Of a stretch of DNA of 64,000 nucleotides, positions 33,842 to 42,802 are shown in pieces. The position numbers and the translations under genes were made by a program. The notes under the pieces were generated by a model, which made no database searches, had not been told where the DNA came from, and worked only from the letters and a program-made list of their open reading frames with translations. This stretch comes from Terriglobia bacterium (GTDB lineage: Bacteria; Acidobacteriota; Terriglobia; JAJPHL01; JAPKYU01). Location of the stretch: positions 192,001 to 256,000 of the forward strand of contig CBDCVK010000002.1 of NCBI GenBank assembly GCA_965223005.1, in the 5' to 3' direction. Each line of letters opens with the position of its first letter. Positions within the stretch are counted from its first letter, which is position 1.

Positions 33842-34033
33842 TCATCGAAACTGGCGATGCGGCTGGTTCACCCTGCGTGCCACCCACCGGCTGATCGCTC
33901 CGCATGCGGAGAAACTTGGCTTCCGGGTGCTCTGCCAGGGAGCTGATTCGGTTAATACTGCTGCCTTCGCGTGATCGAGATCTGGGAGCCGAAGGACTTT
34001 GGTGTTTTTCCAAGAATCGTTTAGAATCGGCAC
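33842..34033 (-). pseudogene. Remnant of tyrosine recombinase N-terminus (KVLRLPDLDHAKAAVL)
   Basis: Matches KLGLPDLDQAKAAVL in the ORF at 58934; similarity is lost after about 16 aa. Confidence 0.6.
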
Positions 34034-34062
34034 AGCAAGCTAGCATTCGGGGTAGGTATGCT

Positions 34063-37000
34063 ATGTTCATTCGTCCTTCGTGTCTTGTAATTCCGATTCT
34101 CTTTCTTGCGGCAACGGCTTCTTCGCCTGTGCCGGTTTCGGAATCGTCGCGTACCATTGATTTTCAGCGGGACGTTCGTCCCGTCCTCTCCGATAATTGT
34201 TTTCAGTGCCACGGCCCGGACAAGGGCACTCGCATGGCTGAGCTTCGGCTCGATACCCAGGATGGCGCCTTCGCCAAGCGGGCGAACGGAACAACGATCG
34301 TCCCAGGGGATCCGGAGGCAAGCCTGCTTTACAAGCGCATCACTCACGAGAACGAGAGGATGCGGATGCCGCCGGCTTATTCCAAGAAGGAACTGGCGAA
34401 AGAGCAGATTGGCGTACTACGGAGGTGGATCGAGGAGGGCGCTTCGTGGGACCAGCACTGGTCCTTCAAAGCGATCAAGCGGCCCAAACCTCCCGCAGTG
34501 AAGAACGAGGCCTGGGTCCGCAGCCCGCTCGACCGGTTTGTTCTCGCCCGGCTCCAGAAGGAAGGTCTTGCGCCTGCTCCCGAAGCCGACAAACGCACCC
34601 TAGCCCGCCGTGTGGCGCTGGATTTAACGGGATTGCCTCCCGACCACGGCACCCTCGAAAGCTTCTTGAGCGACACCTCGGAACAAGCTTATGAAAAACT
34701 GGTCGACCGGCTGCTAGACTCGAAGCACTGGGGCGAACACCGCGCCCGCTATTGGCTGGACGCAGCGCGTTACGGAGACACCCACGGTATTCACGTCGAC
34801 AACTATCGCGAGATGTGGCCCTACCGCGACTGGGTGATCCGGGCTTTCAACGACAACAAACCGTTCGACGAATTTACGGTCGAACAGATCGCCGGCGACT
34901 TGCTGCCCAACCCGACGCTCGATCAACTGGTTGCCACCGGTTTTCATCGCTGCAATATCACGACGAACGAAGGCGGTGTCATCCCTGAGGAATACGAAGC
35001 TGTCTACGCCAAGGACCGAGCCGATACTACGGGCACCGTCTTTCTCGGTCTTACGGTCGGGTGCGCCACTTGCCACGATCACAAGTTCGACCCGATTCGA
35101 CAGCGCGAGTTCTATTCCCTGACGGCGTTTTTTAGGAACACGACGCAGTATGTGATGGACGGCAATATATCGGATCCGCCGCCCATCCTGGTTGTCCCCA
35201 GCGACAAAGACCGCGGCCGCTGGCATGAGCTCCGCCGGGAAGCGGCGGAAACCGAAGCGAAGATCAAAAACCGCACCGCGTCGGTCGACGAAGCGTTCGC
35301 GGAATGGCTTGCGAGCAAGGAACATCGTTCCCTGCAGACCCCGCTCGAAGAGTCCGCGGAGCTGCTGACGCTGAACCTTGACGATGAACCCGCGATCGAC
35401 ATGGGCGGAAGGCGGAAGAAAATTGCACTTCATCAGGGAGCCGTGGTCGATGAAGGGCCGAACAAAAACCAGCCGGCGCTGCGGTTCGGGAAGGAATCGT
35501 GGGCGGAGCTTCCTCCCTTGAAGCTTGACAGTGACACACCCTTTTCTATTGCGATGTGGGTTTACCAACCCAAGGTCGTAGGGGCCTTCGTGGTTGCCGG
35601 TCAGTACGATCCCGACGACGATTCCCGCGGATGGTCGATTGGCGTCGACGCTCGGCAAGTCACCTTTAGAATGACCGGCGAAAGGCCGGCGGGGCAAGAA
35701 AATCCGTCCGAAGTCACCGTTGTGCCCATCATCACGAAGCGGATGCCCGCGGGTGTGTGGACCCACATTACGGTAACCCACGACGGCTCCGGCGAGCGGG
35801 CCGGCCTGCGTATCTACACGAACGGTGATGTCGTAGAGGAGCAGGGCAGCGAGTTTTTCACGAAGGTGGAGGGGAGTATCCAGACCAACCGGCCTCTCTA
35901 TTTGGGCAGAGGAGTCACGAAGGGCAGAGGCGACCGCGACGAGCCCGAAGTCCGCTACTTCTCGGGCGGGGGCATAGCGGATCTTCGAGTCTTTAGTCGC
36001 CCGATCACGGTCCAGGAGGCCAAGGTTGTTTCGTTGTGGTCCGTGCTCCAAAGCGCGCGGGATAAGGAACCTGAAGAACTAAGCTCCGACGAGCGGGAAG
36101 CGCTGCGTCTCTACTACCTCAGCGTCAAGGACCAAGATTACCGCGAGCTCGTGGCGCGCAAGCAAGAGATCGATCGGGAGTGGCGGGAGGTCCGGCGGCG
36201 CGGGGGTGTCACACACGTGATGCGGGAGATACCGGACAAGGAGCCCGAGGCTCACGTTCTCTACCGCGGCCTGTATGACCAACCTCGGGAGCGTGTTACG
36301 GCAAACACTCCCTCGGCGTTACATCCAATGCCTGCGTCGTGGCCGCGCAACCGCATGGGGCTGGCTAAGTGGTTGGTCGACGAGGCGAACCCGCTGACAA
36401 GCCGTGTGATCGTGAACCGTTACTGGCAGGAAGTCTTCGGTGCCGGCCTGGTAAAGACCAGCGACGATTTTGGCTCGCAAGGGGAGTCGCCGTCTCACCC
36501 TGAGTTGCTCGATTGGCTGGTAGTCGAGTTCCGCGAATCGGGCTGGGACATCAAGCAGTTCTTCCGCACGCTCGTGACGTCCTCCACGTACCGCCAGTCC
36601 GCCCAAACGACGGCGGAAAAGCTCGATAAGGACCCGGAGAATCGGCTGCTCTCGCGCGGGCTCAGCTTCCGCATGGACGCTGAAATGATCCGCGATTACG
36701 CCCTGGCGGCGAGCGGCCTGCTGGTCCGCAAGATCGGCGGCCCGAGTGTGAAGCCCTATCAACCGGAAGGAGTCTGGAAAAGGGTGGCAATCACCATGAG
36801 CAACACCAGCTCCTACAAACAAGACTCCGGCGCCAAACTCTATCGGCGCAGTCTTTATACCTTCTGGAAGCGCTCCGCGCCGCCAGCCTCCATGGAGGTT
36901 TTCAATGCGCCGACACGGGAGCACACCACGGTGCGCCGCGAGCGAACCAACACGCCGCTGCAAGCGCTCGTCACGATGAACGATACACAATTCGTCGAAG

Positions 37001-37296
37001 CGTCACGCTATCTCGCACAGAAAGCCATGCGCGAGGCCGGAGATGACTTCGACCGGCGGCTGGATTACGTGACGACCCGCCTTCTTGCACGTGACTTCAG
37101 TCAAAACGAACGCGCGGTTGCGAAGCGGTCCTACAACAAATTCATCGGTTTTTACGGTTCAAACGCCGCAGAGGCAAAGAAGCTTCTTGCTGCCGGCGAG
37201 TCACCGCCCGATGAGGCGCTGTCCGTGACGGAGTCTGCAGCGTGGACCTTTCTGGCGAGCCAGATAATGAATTTGGACGAGGTGTTAAACAAGTAG
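34063..37296 (+). CDS. DUF1549/DUF1553 (PSD1) protein with planctomycete cytochrome c and LamG-like domain
   Basis: DFQRDVRPVLSDNCFQCHG, WLDAARYGDT, CATCHDHKFDP, PSHPELLDWL, TNTPLQAL. Confidence 0.92.
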   Translation: MFIRPSCLVIPILFLAATASSPVPVSESSRTIDFQRDVRPVLSDNCFQCHGPDKGTRMAELRLDTQDGAFAKRANGTTIVPGDPEASLLYKRITHENERMRMPPAYSKKELAKEQIGVLRRWIEEGASWDQHWSFKAIKRPKPPAVKNEAWVRSPLDRFVLARLQKEGLAPAPEADKRTLARRVALDLTGLPPDHGTLESFLSDTSEQAYEKLVDRLLDSKHWGEHRARYWLDAARYGDTHGIHVDNYREMWPYRDWVIRAFNDNKPFDEFTVEQIAGDLLPNPTLDQLVATGFHRCNITTNEGGVIPEEYEAVYAKDRADTTGTVFLGLTVGCATCHDHKFDPIRQREFYSLTAFFRNTTQYVMDGNISDPPPILVVPSDKDRGRWHELRREAAETEAKIKNRTASVDEAFAEWLASKEHRSLQTPLEESAELLTLNLDDEPAIDMGGRRKKIALHQGAVVDEGPNKNQPALRFGKESWAELPPLKLDSDTPFSIAMWVYQPKVVGAFVVAGQYDPDDDSRGWSIGVDARQVTFRMTGERPAGQENPSEVTVVPIITKRMPAGVWTHITVTHDGSGERAGLRIYTNGDVVEEQGSEFFTKVEGSIQTNRPLYLGRGVTKGRGDRDEPEVRYFSGGGIADLRVFSRPITVQEAKVVSLWSVLQSARDKEPEELSSDEREALRLYYLSVKDQDYRELVARKQEIDREWREVRRRGGVTHVMREIPDKEPEAHVLYRGLYDQPRERVTANTPSALHPMPASWPRNRMGLAKWLVDEANPLTSRVIVNRYWQEVFGAGLVKTSDDFGSQGESPSHPELLDWLVVEFRESGWDIKQFFRTLVTSSTYRQSAQTTAEKLDKDPENRLLSRGLSFRMDAEMIRDYALAASGLLVRKIGGPSVKPYQPEGVWKRVAITMSNTSSYKQDSGAKLYRRSLYTFWKRSAPPASMEVFNAPTREHTTVRRERTNTPLQALVTMNDTQFVEASRYLAQKAMREAGDDFDRRLDYVTTRLLARDFSQNERAVAKRSYNKFIGFYGSNAAEAKKLLAAGESPPDEALSVTESAAWTFLASQIMNLDEVLNK

Positions 37297-37390
37297 AATC
37301 AGGGCGGCTGACCCGGCGCACGCCTGTCGTGTGCCCCATCCGGCTTCCGCGCCTGACGTTCGGCTTTACTCGCTCAGGGAGATTTTGAAA

Positions 37391-38857
37391 ATGCATCCAT
37401 ACAAAGAAGCAGTCCTGGCGGAAACCAGACGGCAGTTCTTCGCCCGAGGCGCCAAGGGTATCGGCGGAATCGCCTTGGCCAGCCTTCTGGCCGAGAACAG
37501 CTTCGGTGCACCCGGAAGTGACGAATCATTTGGCGGTTTGCCGCACTTGCCTCACTTCGCCCCGAGAGCGAAACGGTGTATCTACCTCCACATGATGGGT
37601 GCGCCGCCGCAGATGGATCTGCTCGACTACAAGCCCAAGATGAAGGACTGGTACGACAAGGATCTTCCGGAATCGGTGCGCCGGGGGCAGCGTCTGACGA
37701 CCATGACATCCGGACAGGCGCGCTTCCCGATCGCACCTTCTGTCTTTCAATTCAAGCAGCACGGCCAAAGCGGCACGTGGATTTCCGAGCTTTTGCCCCA
37801 CACCGCAAAGATGGTCGACGACATGGCCGTTATCCGCTCGATGCACACCGAAGCAATCAACCACGAACCTGCGATCACCTTCATCCAAACCGGTCGGCAG
37901 GTCGTTGGGCGGCCGTGCATCGGATCCTGGATTTCCTATGGGCTCGGTAGTATGAACCGCGACTTGCCCACGTTCGTCGTGATGAACGCCGAGAAGAGCC
38001 ACCCCAAGGCAGGTGTGCAAGCGATCTCGGCAAAAATGTGGAGCTCAGGGTTCCTTTCTCCGAAGTACGCCGGCGTAGGTCTCCGCGGAGGCGCAGAGCC
38101 GGTGCTGTACATCAAGGATCCGGATGGGGTTTCCAGGGATCTCCGGCGGCAGATGCTCGACGGCCTCAGCGAGCTGAATCAGCTCCGGCACCAGAAGATC
38201 GGCAACCCCGAAACACTGGCACGAATCGAGCAGTTCGAAATGGCCTTCCGGATGCAGTCGTCGGTGCCGGAGATGGGTGACCTCTCGAGTGAGCCGGAAA
38301 GCACCTTCAAACGCTGGGGCGAAGAAGCGAGGCAGCCCGGCAAGTTTCAAAACGCGGCGCTGATGGCGCGGCGGCTCGTCGAGCGCGGTGTGCGGTTTGT
38401 CCAGATCTATCACCGCGGCTGGGACGTACACTCCTTCGCGCCCGAAGTGCTCCCTGCGCAGGCCGCAGACGTCGACCGCGCTGCCTGGGCCCTAATCCAA
38501 GATCTGAAGGAGCGCGGCCTCTTCGAAGACACGCTCGTCATTTGGGGCGGCGAGTTCGGGCGGACAATCTACTCCCAGGGCAAACTGACGCCGACCGATT
38601 ACGGCCGCGACCACCATCCGCGCTGCTACAGCCTATGGATGGCCGGCGGCGGCATCAAAGGCGGCGTCGTTCACGGCGAAACGGACGACTTCTCCTACAA
38701 CATCGCCAAAGACCCGGTCCACATCCGGGATTTCCAAGCGACGATCCTGCACCTGTTTGGCATCGACCACGACCGCTTCACCCACAAGCACCAAGGACTG
38801 GACGCCAAGCTGACAGGTGTCGAACCAGCGCACGTGGTGAAAGAAGTCCTGGCGTAA
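37391..38857 (+). CDS. DUF1501 family protein
   Basis: TRRQFF, ARRLVERGVRFVQIYHRGWD, WGGEFGRT, GRDHHP. Confidence 0.92.
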   Translation: MHPYKEAVLAETRRQFFARGAKGIGGIALASLLAENSFGAPGSDESFGGLPHLPHFAPRAKRCIYLHMMGAPPQMDLLDYKPKMKDWYDKDLPESVRRGQRLTTMTSGQARFPIAPSVFQFKQHGQSGTWISELLPHTAKMVDDMAVIRSMHTEAINHEPAITFIQTGRQVVGRPCIGSWISYGLGSMNRDLPTFVVMNAEKSHPKAGVQAISAKMWSSGFLSPKYAGVGLRGGAEPVLYIKDPDGVSRDLRRQMLDGLSELNQLRHQKIGNPETLARIEQFEMAFRMQSSVPEMGDLSSEPESTFKRWGEEARQPGKFQNAALMARRLVERGVRFVQIYHRGWDVHSFAPEVLPAQAADVDRAAWALIQDLKERGLFEDTLVIWGGEFGRTIYSQGKLTPTDYGRDHHPRCYSLWMAGGGIKGGVVHGETDDFSYNIAKDPVHIRDFQATILHLFGIDHDRFTHKHQGLDAKLTGVEPAHVVKEVLA

Positions 38858-39513
38858 AGCACTTGGTTTGAGTTGCAAATTCGCGTTCGCATACTGCGCG
38901 ATTCTGCGGAAAGGTTAAGCTGCGTTCACGCGGCTTTGTCTTCACTAGGCCAGCCGTTTTACGGCTGGTATTGTTCCGAGTTGCCGCAAGCGGCAGAAAC
39001 TAACGAAGTCTGGTAGATGTCTCGCCGGCGTGGTCACCCTCAGGCGACCACATTGCCTTCCACGAAGACGTACTTGAATGTCGTCGAGAACTGGTTCGAA
39101 AAGTTCGGGGACCAGCAGGGTGGGGCGCAATAACAGCCCACATTCCTGTTGAATCCCTCTCCCACAGCAGACCCGGTTCGAGAGCGAGCAATCCACTCAT
39201 CTACAGGTCCATACGGTCGTCGAAGTCGCAAGATCCCGGTAAGTCGGCAAAGCGGACAAGTGGTCCGTCGGGTTCAGGTCCCCCGAAACGGGCACTCCTC
39301 AACGATTGACGCGCACTCTCCAGAAAACACGCCACTCCGGTCCCTTCTGTGCTTGTCTGGGCTTGGCCCAATCGGCTGCAAGGGCCAACAATACCGGACC
39401 GGATAGATTGCCCCTAACCCCCAGTTCTTTCCGGTCCGGCTGCCAACTCCCGAATAGTCGCCAACTAAGAAACTATCGCAGCGCTTTGCCGCTCCTCGTC
39501 TGACGTCGGCGGG

Positions 39514-39569
39514 CACTTGGACGTATAGTCGGCTATCCGGACAAGTGCCAACCTGGAGGCAGCGTCACT
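39514..39569 (+). repeat. Dyad site S5 (left half plus partial linker)
   Basis: CACTTGGACGTATAGTCGGCTATCCGGACAAGTGCC...GCAGCGTCACT; a further half copy at 39242-39262. Confidence 0.85.
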
Positions 39570-39770
39570 CTAATAGCTGAGAGCAGATAGGTCCCGCCTT
39601 GTCGCCGTCCGACAAGAGACTCGCCGCTCGCCACAGCATGTGACGACCTGCACCTTTGGGTGATTTCCGATTTCTGAGTTGTAGCGGGGGCTGGTACCAT
39701 AGCAGCTAGGAACTACGGCGTATCTGGCATTGGAAAATCAATGTCTCAAACAGACAAAGGAGGTACCGGC

Positions 39771-40559
39771 ATGAGGCGTAATAAACTGAGGGACCTTCTG
39801 AACGCCGGCCAGCCCACCATCGGCACTCACCTTCACAGTTCCTGGCCATCCGTTGTGGAAGTCGTCGGACATACCGGCATGTTTGACTACGTTGAATTCG
39901 TTTCCGAATACGGGCCGTTTGACTTATATGCGCTAGACAACTTTTGCCGGGCAGTGGAGTTATTCGATTTGTCGGCGATGATCAAAGTTGATCAGGAACC
40001 GCGACGCTTCCTGGCCCAGAGAGCCATCGGCGCTGGCTTTCAGAGTGTTCTTTTTGCGGACTGCCGCACCGTCGACGACGCCCGCGAATGCGTGAGGGCT
40101 GTGCGCCCCGAGACACCGGAGTCAGGCGGTCTTCACGGCGTCGCGCTGCGCCGAAGCACCTACATGTTGCATGCTGGGATGCCCGAGTACGTCCGGGCGT
40201 TGAATGAAGTCGTCGTAGCCCTAATGATCGAAAAGAAATCGGCAGTGGAGCAACTGGAGGAAATCGTCTCGTTGGGCGAGATTGATATGGTTCAGTGGGG
40301 ACCGGCAGATTACTCAATGAGCATTGGCCAGCCCGGGGCCTGGGATTCCCCGGAAGTCAGGGCCGTTGAACGCAGGGTCATCGAGACTTGCTTGAAGAAG
40401 GGCATACCGCCACGTGCCGAGATCGACACCCTGGACAAGGCCAAGTATTACCTGGACATGGGCGTGCGCCACTTTTGCCTCGGTACAGACATCATGATTC
40501 TCCACGGGTGGCTGAAGGAAAATGGTGAAAGCTTACGGAATGCTATTTCTGACTCATAG
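39771..40559 (+). CDS. HpcH/HpaI family aldolase
   Basis: RNKLRDLL..GQPTIGT, MIEK, GPADYSMSIG; RBS AAGGAGG. Confidence 0.88.
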   Translation: MRRNKLRDLLNAGQPTIGTHLHSSWPSVVEVVGHTGMFDYVEFVSEYGPFDLYALDNFCRAVELFDLSAMIKVDQEPRRFLAQRAIGAGFQSVLFADCRTVDDARECVRAVRPETPESGGLHGVALRRSTYMLHAGMPEYVRALNEVVVALMIEKKSAVEQLEEIVSLGEIDMVQWGPADYSMSIGQPGAWDSPEVRAVERRVIETCLKKGIPPRAEIDTLDKAKYYLDMGVRHFCLGTDIMILHGWLKENGESLRNAISDS

Positions 40560-40756
40560 TCCAGCCGCCTCAGTGGGTGTGGCGGGCGCCACATAACGTC
40601 ACTATGTGTCATTCCGAATTACCGAGTGGCGGCGGGGGCTGGTACCATCACCCGCCCGCGCTCGGCCCCAGGGCAGAAGCCTCGCAAACCCACCCAAGCA
40701 GCACCATACCCCGCTCTTGCCACAATTACGTGTGTGTTGGGGTTTCTGAAGTTTCC

Positions 40757-41392
40757 CTATCGGCTCCGGCGGGAGTGCCCGCGCTGAAGGATCGTCAAAT
40801 GAACGCGAGCGACGATGTGCATGTAGCCCCCTGCCGTCGCGTACCGATCTGCGGCAGCGGCCCTGATGTGAGCGAGCGCGTCGGCTTTTCGCCCGAGCGC
40901 ATCGAAATGCAAACCGACATACAGGTGGGCGTAGAACTTCGATTGGCCGCCGGCGCCGGCCATGGCCAACACCTTGTCGGGGCTGATCGCGCCTTGGAAC
41001 ATCTGGTAGACCTCGCGCATCGGAACGCGCGCGTCGGGTCCCACTGGCAGAAGGGCCGCCCTCGCCTTCTCGACCGATTCCGCACGCGTCACGCAGAGAA
41101 AGTGCCAGGCCGCGTTTTCCACGTCGTTCGGGTTCACGGCGCGGTGGGATTCAAACTGCGCGCGACAGTCACGGTAGCGACCTGCGTAGTACAGAGCGAT
41201 GCCGCGCTGCCAGAGATAGGGCGCCTTATCAGGCACAAGCTTGGCCACATTGTCGAACTCGGCGACCGACTCCGCTACGCGGCCGCCCTGGAAATGGGCA
41301 ATGGCACGATCGAGGGCACGTTCCGCCGCCGACTGTGCGTTGGCCGCGGCGGCGAACGCGAACATCGCCGACAGGGTGAGAATTTGGCGCAT
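40757..41392 (-). CDS. Secreted TPR (NlpI-like) protein
   Basis: LWQRGIALYYAGRY, VNPNDVENAAWHFLC, FYAHLYVGL. Confidence 0.8.
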   Translation of the reverse strand: MRQILTLSAMFAFAAAANAQSAAERALDRAIAHFQGGRVAESVAEFDNVAKLVPDKAPYLWQRGIALYYAGRYRDCRAQFESHRAVNPNDVENAAWHFLCVTRAESVEKARAALLPVGPDARVPMREVYQMFQGAISPDKVLAMAGAGGQSKFYAHLYVGLHFDALGRKADALAHIRAAAADRYATAGGYMHIVARVHLTILQRGHSRRSR

Positions 41393-41441
41393 CCGGGCCG
41401 GGGTCGACGACCGGATGACGGCCGACATTTTGGCCTTCGCG

Positions 41442-42674
41442 TCAGCGGCGGAGATCGAGACACACGAGGGTGTTTTCGTTTCGCACATACAGGAATCCGT
41501 CGGCGATCGCCGGGTAGGCCCGGACGGTCGGCGGAAGGATCTGGGCGCGTACCAGCGGCCGGAAGGCATCGGGCGACGCTGTGGCCATCACCAGCTCGCC
41601 GCTTTCGCGCAGGATTAGCAATCGATTGCCGACGAGCGTGACTGTGCCGGCACGGAACCGATCCTCACTCCAGCGAACCTTGCCCGTCGCCAGCTCGACC
41701 GCGCGGAAACTCGGGCCGAACTCCTGACGTCCGTGAAACCCGTACAAATGTCCGTGTTGGTACGCACTCGTGGCGTAGTGATTCGAGAGCGCCTCGTCGG
41801 ATGCCCATAGGTCGATAAGCTTCGAACCGTCCACGCGCAGCACCGCCGCGCCCGGTCCGTACTCGGCCGACACGAAGATCAGGTCCCCGATTACCAGCGG
41901 CGTCGCGACGTTGACCGACGACGCCTGCCGCGCCCGCCACGCTCGCCGAAACTGCACCGTCCCTGTCGCCGGATCGAGGCCGACGAGACCGTTGCGCGTG
42001 AGGAAGATCGCAGATCGGCGGCCGACAATCGTCGCGCCGGTCGCCGACGAATAGCTCGCCTCATCGTCGGTGGCCGTCCAGAGCACTTTGCCGTTTTTCA
42101 CGTCGAACGCGACGATGCCGGCCCTTCGGCCGCCGATGTTGGCCAGAAGCCTTCCATCCTCGACCAGCGGCGAACCTGCGGCACCGAAATAGCCTTTCGG
42201 CACGCTAAACCGCGCCCTGGTGTCTTCGCTCCAGATCCGCTTGCCGTCCGCGAGGCCGATCGCGTGAAGCTGCCCCTCTGCTCCGAACGTGTATATGACG
42301 TCATCCACGACGACGGGCACCGCCCGCGGCCCTTCGTCGAACCCGAAATCGTCGCGATACGAGGTGGGATAAGAATACCGCCACTGGCTCGCCCCGGTGC
42401 GCGCGTCGAGGGCCTCAACCACTTCGCTGTCGGATACCCGATGAAACAGGATCACTCGGCCTTGAACGACAACCGGGCCGCTCAACCCGGCGCCGATGGA
42501 CTTGCGCCAAACCTCACGCGGGCCGCTCGCACCCCAGGTCTCCGCGAGCGCCGGGCCCCGTGAGACGCCGTTGCGCTCTGGGCCGAGGAACTGCGGCCAG
42601 TCCTCAGCAGCCGTTTGGATCGCGATAGCGAACCCGACGACGACCGATAACATCAGTTGATGTCGAATAGACAT
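41442..42674 (-). CDS. PQQ-like beta-propeller repeat protein
   Basis: EDWPQFLGPERNG and repeated LDA.TG...W motifs. Confidence 0.88.
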   Translation of the reverse strand: MSIRHQLMLSVVVGFAIAIQTAAEDWPQFLGPERNGVSRGPALAETWGASGPREVWRKSIGAGLSGPVVVQGRVILFHRVSDSEVVEALDARTGASQWRYSYPTSYRDDFGFDEGPRAVPVVVDDVIYTFGAEGQLHAIGLADGKRIWSEDTRARFSVPKGYFGAAGSPLVEDGRLLANIGGRRAGIVAFDVKNGKVLWTATDDEASYSSATGATIVGRRSAIFLTRNGLVGLDPATGTVQFRRAWRARQASSVNVATPLVIGDLIFVSAEYGPGAAVLRVDGSKLIDLWASDEALSNHYATSAYQHGHLYGFHGRQEFGPSFRAVELATGKVRWSEDRFRAGTVTLVGNRLLILRESGELVMATASPDAFRPLVRAQILPPTVRAYPAIADGFLYVRNENTLVCLDLRR

Positions 42675-42802
42675 ATTCGATTGGAGTCGAATTCGTGATC
42701 CGGAATCTTGTCGGTCCCCGCCTGAGACTGAGTATGCCGGGCAGGAATTCAGCACCCCGAGAGCCTGAACACCGTGGGATGCTCATCACGATTCCTCCCT
42801 GG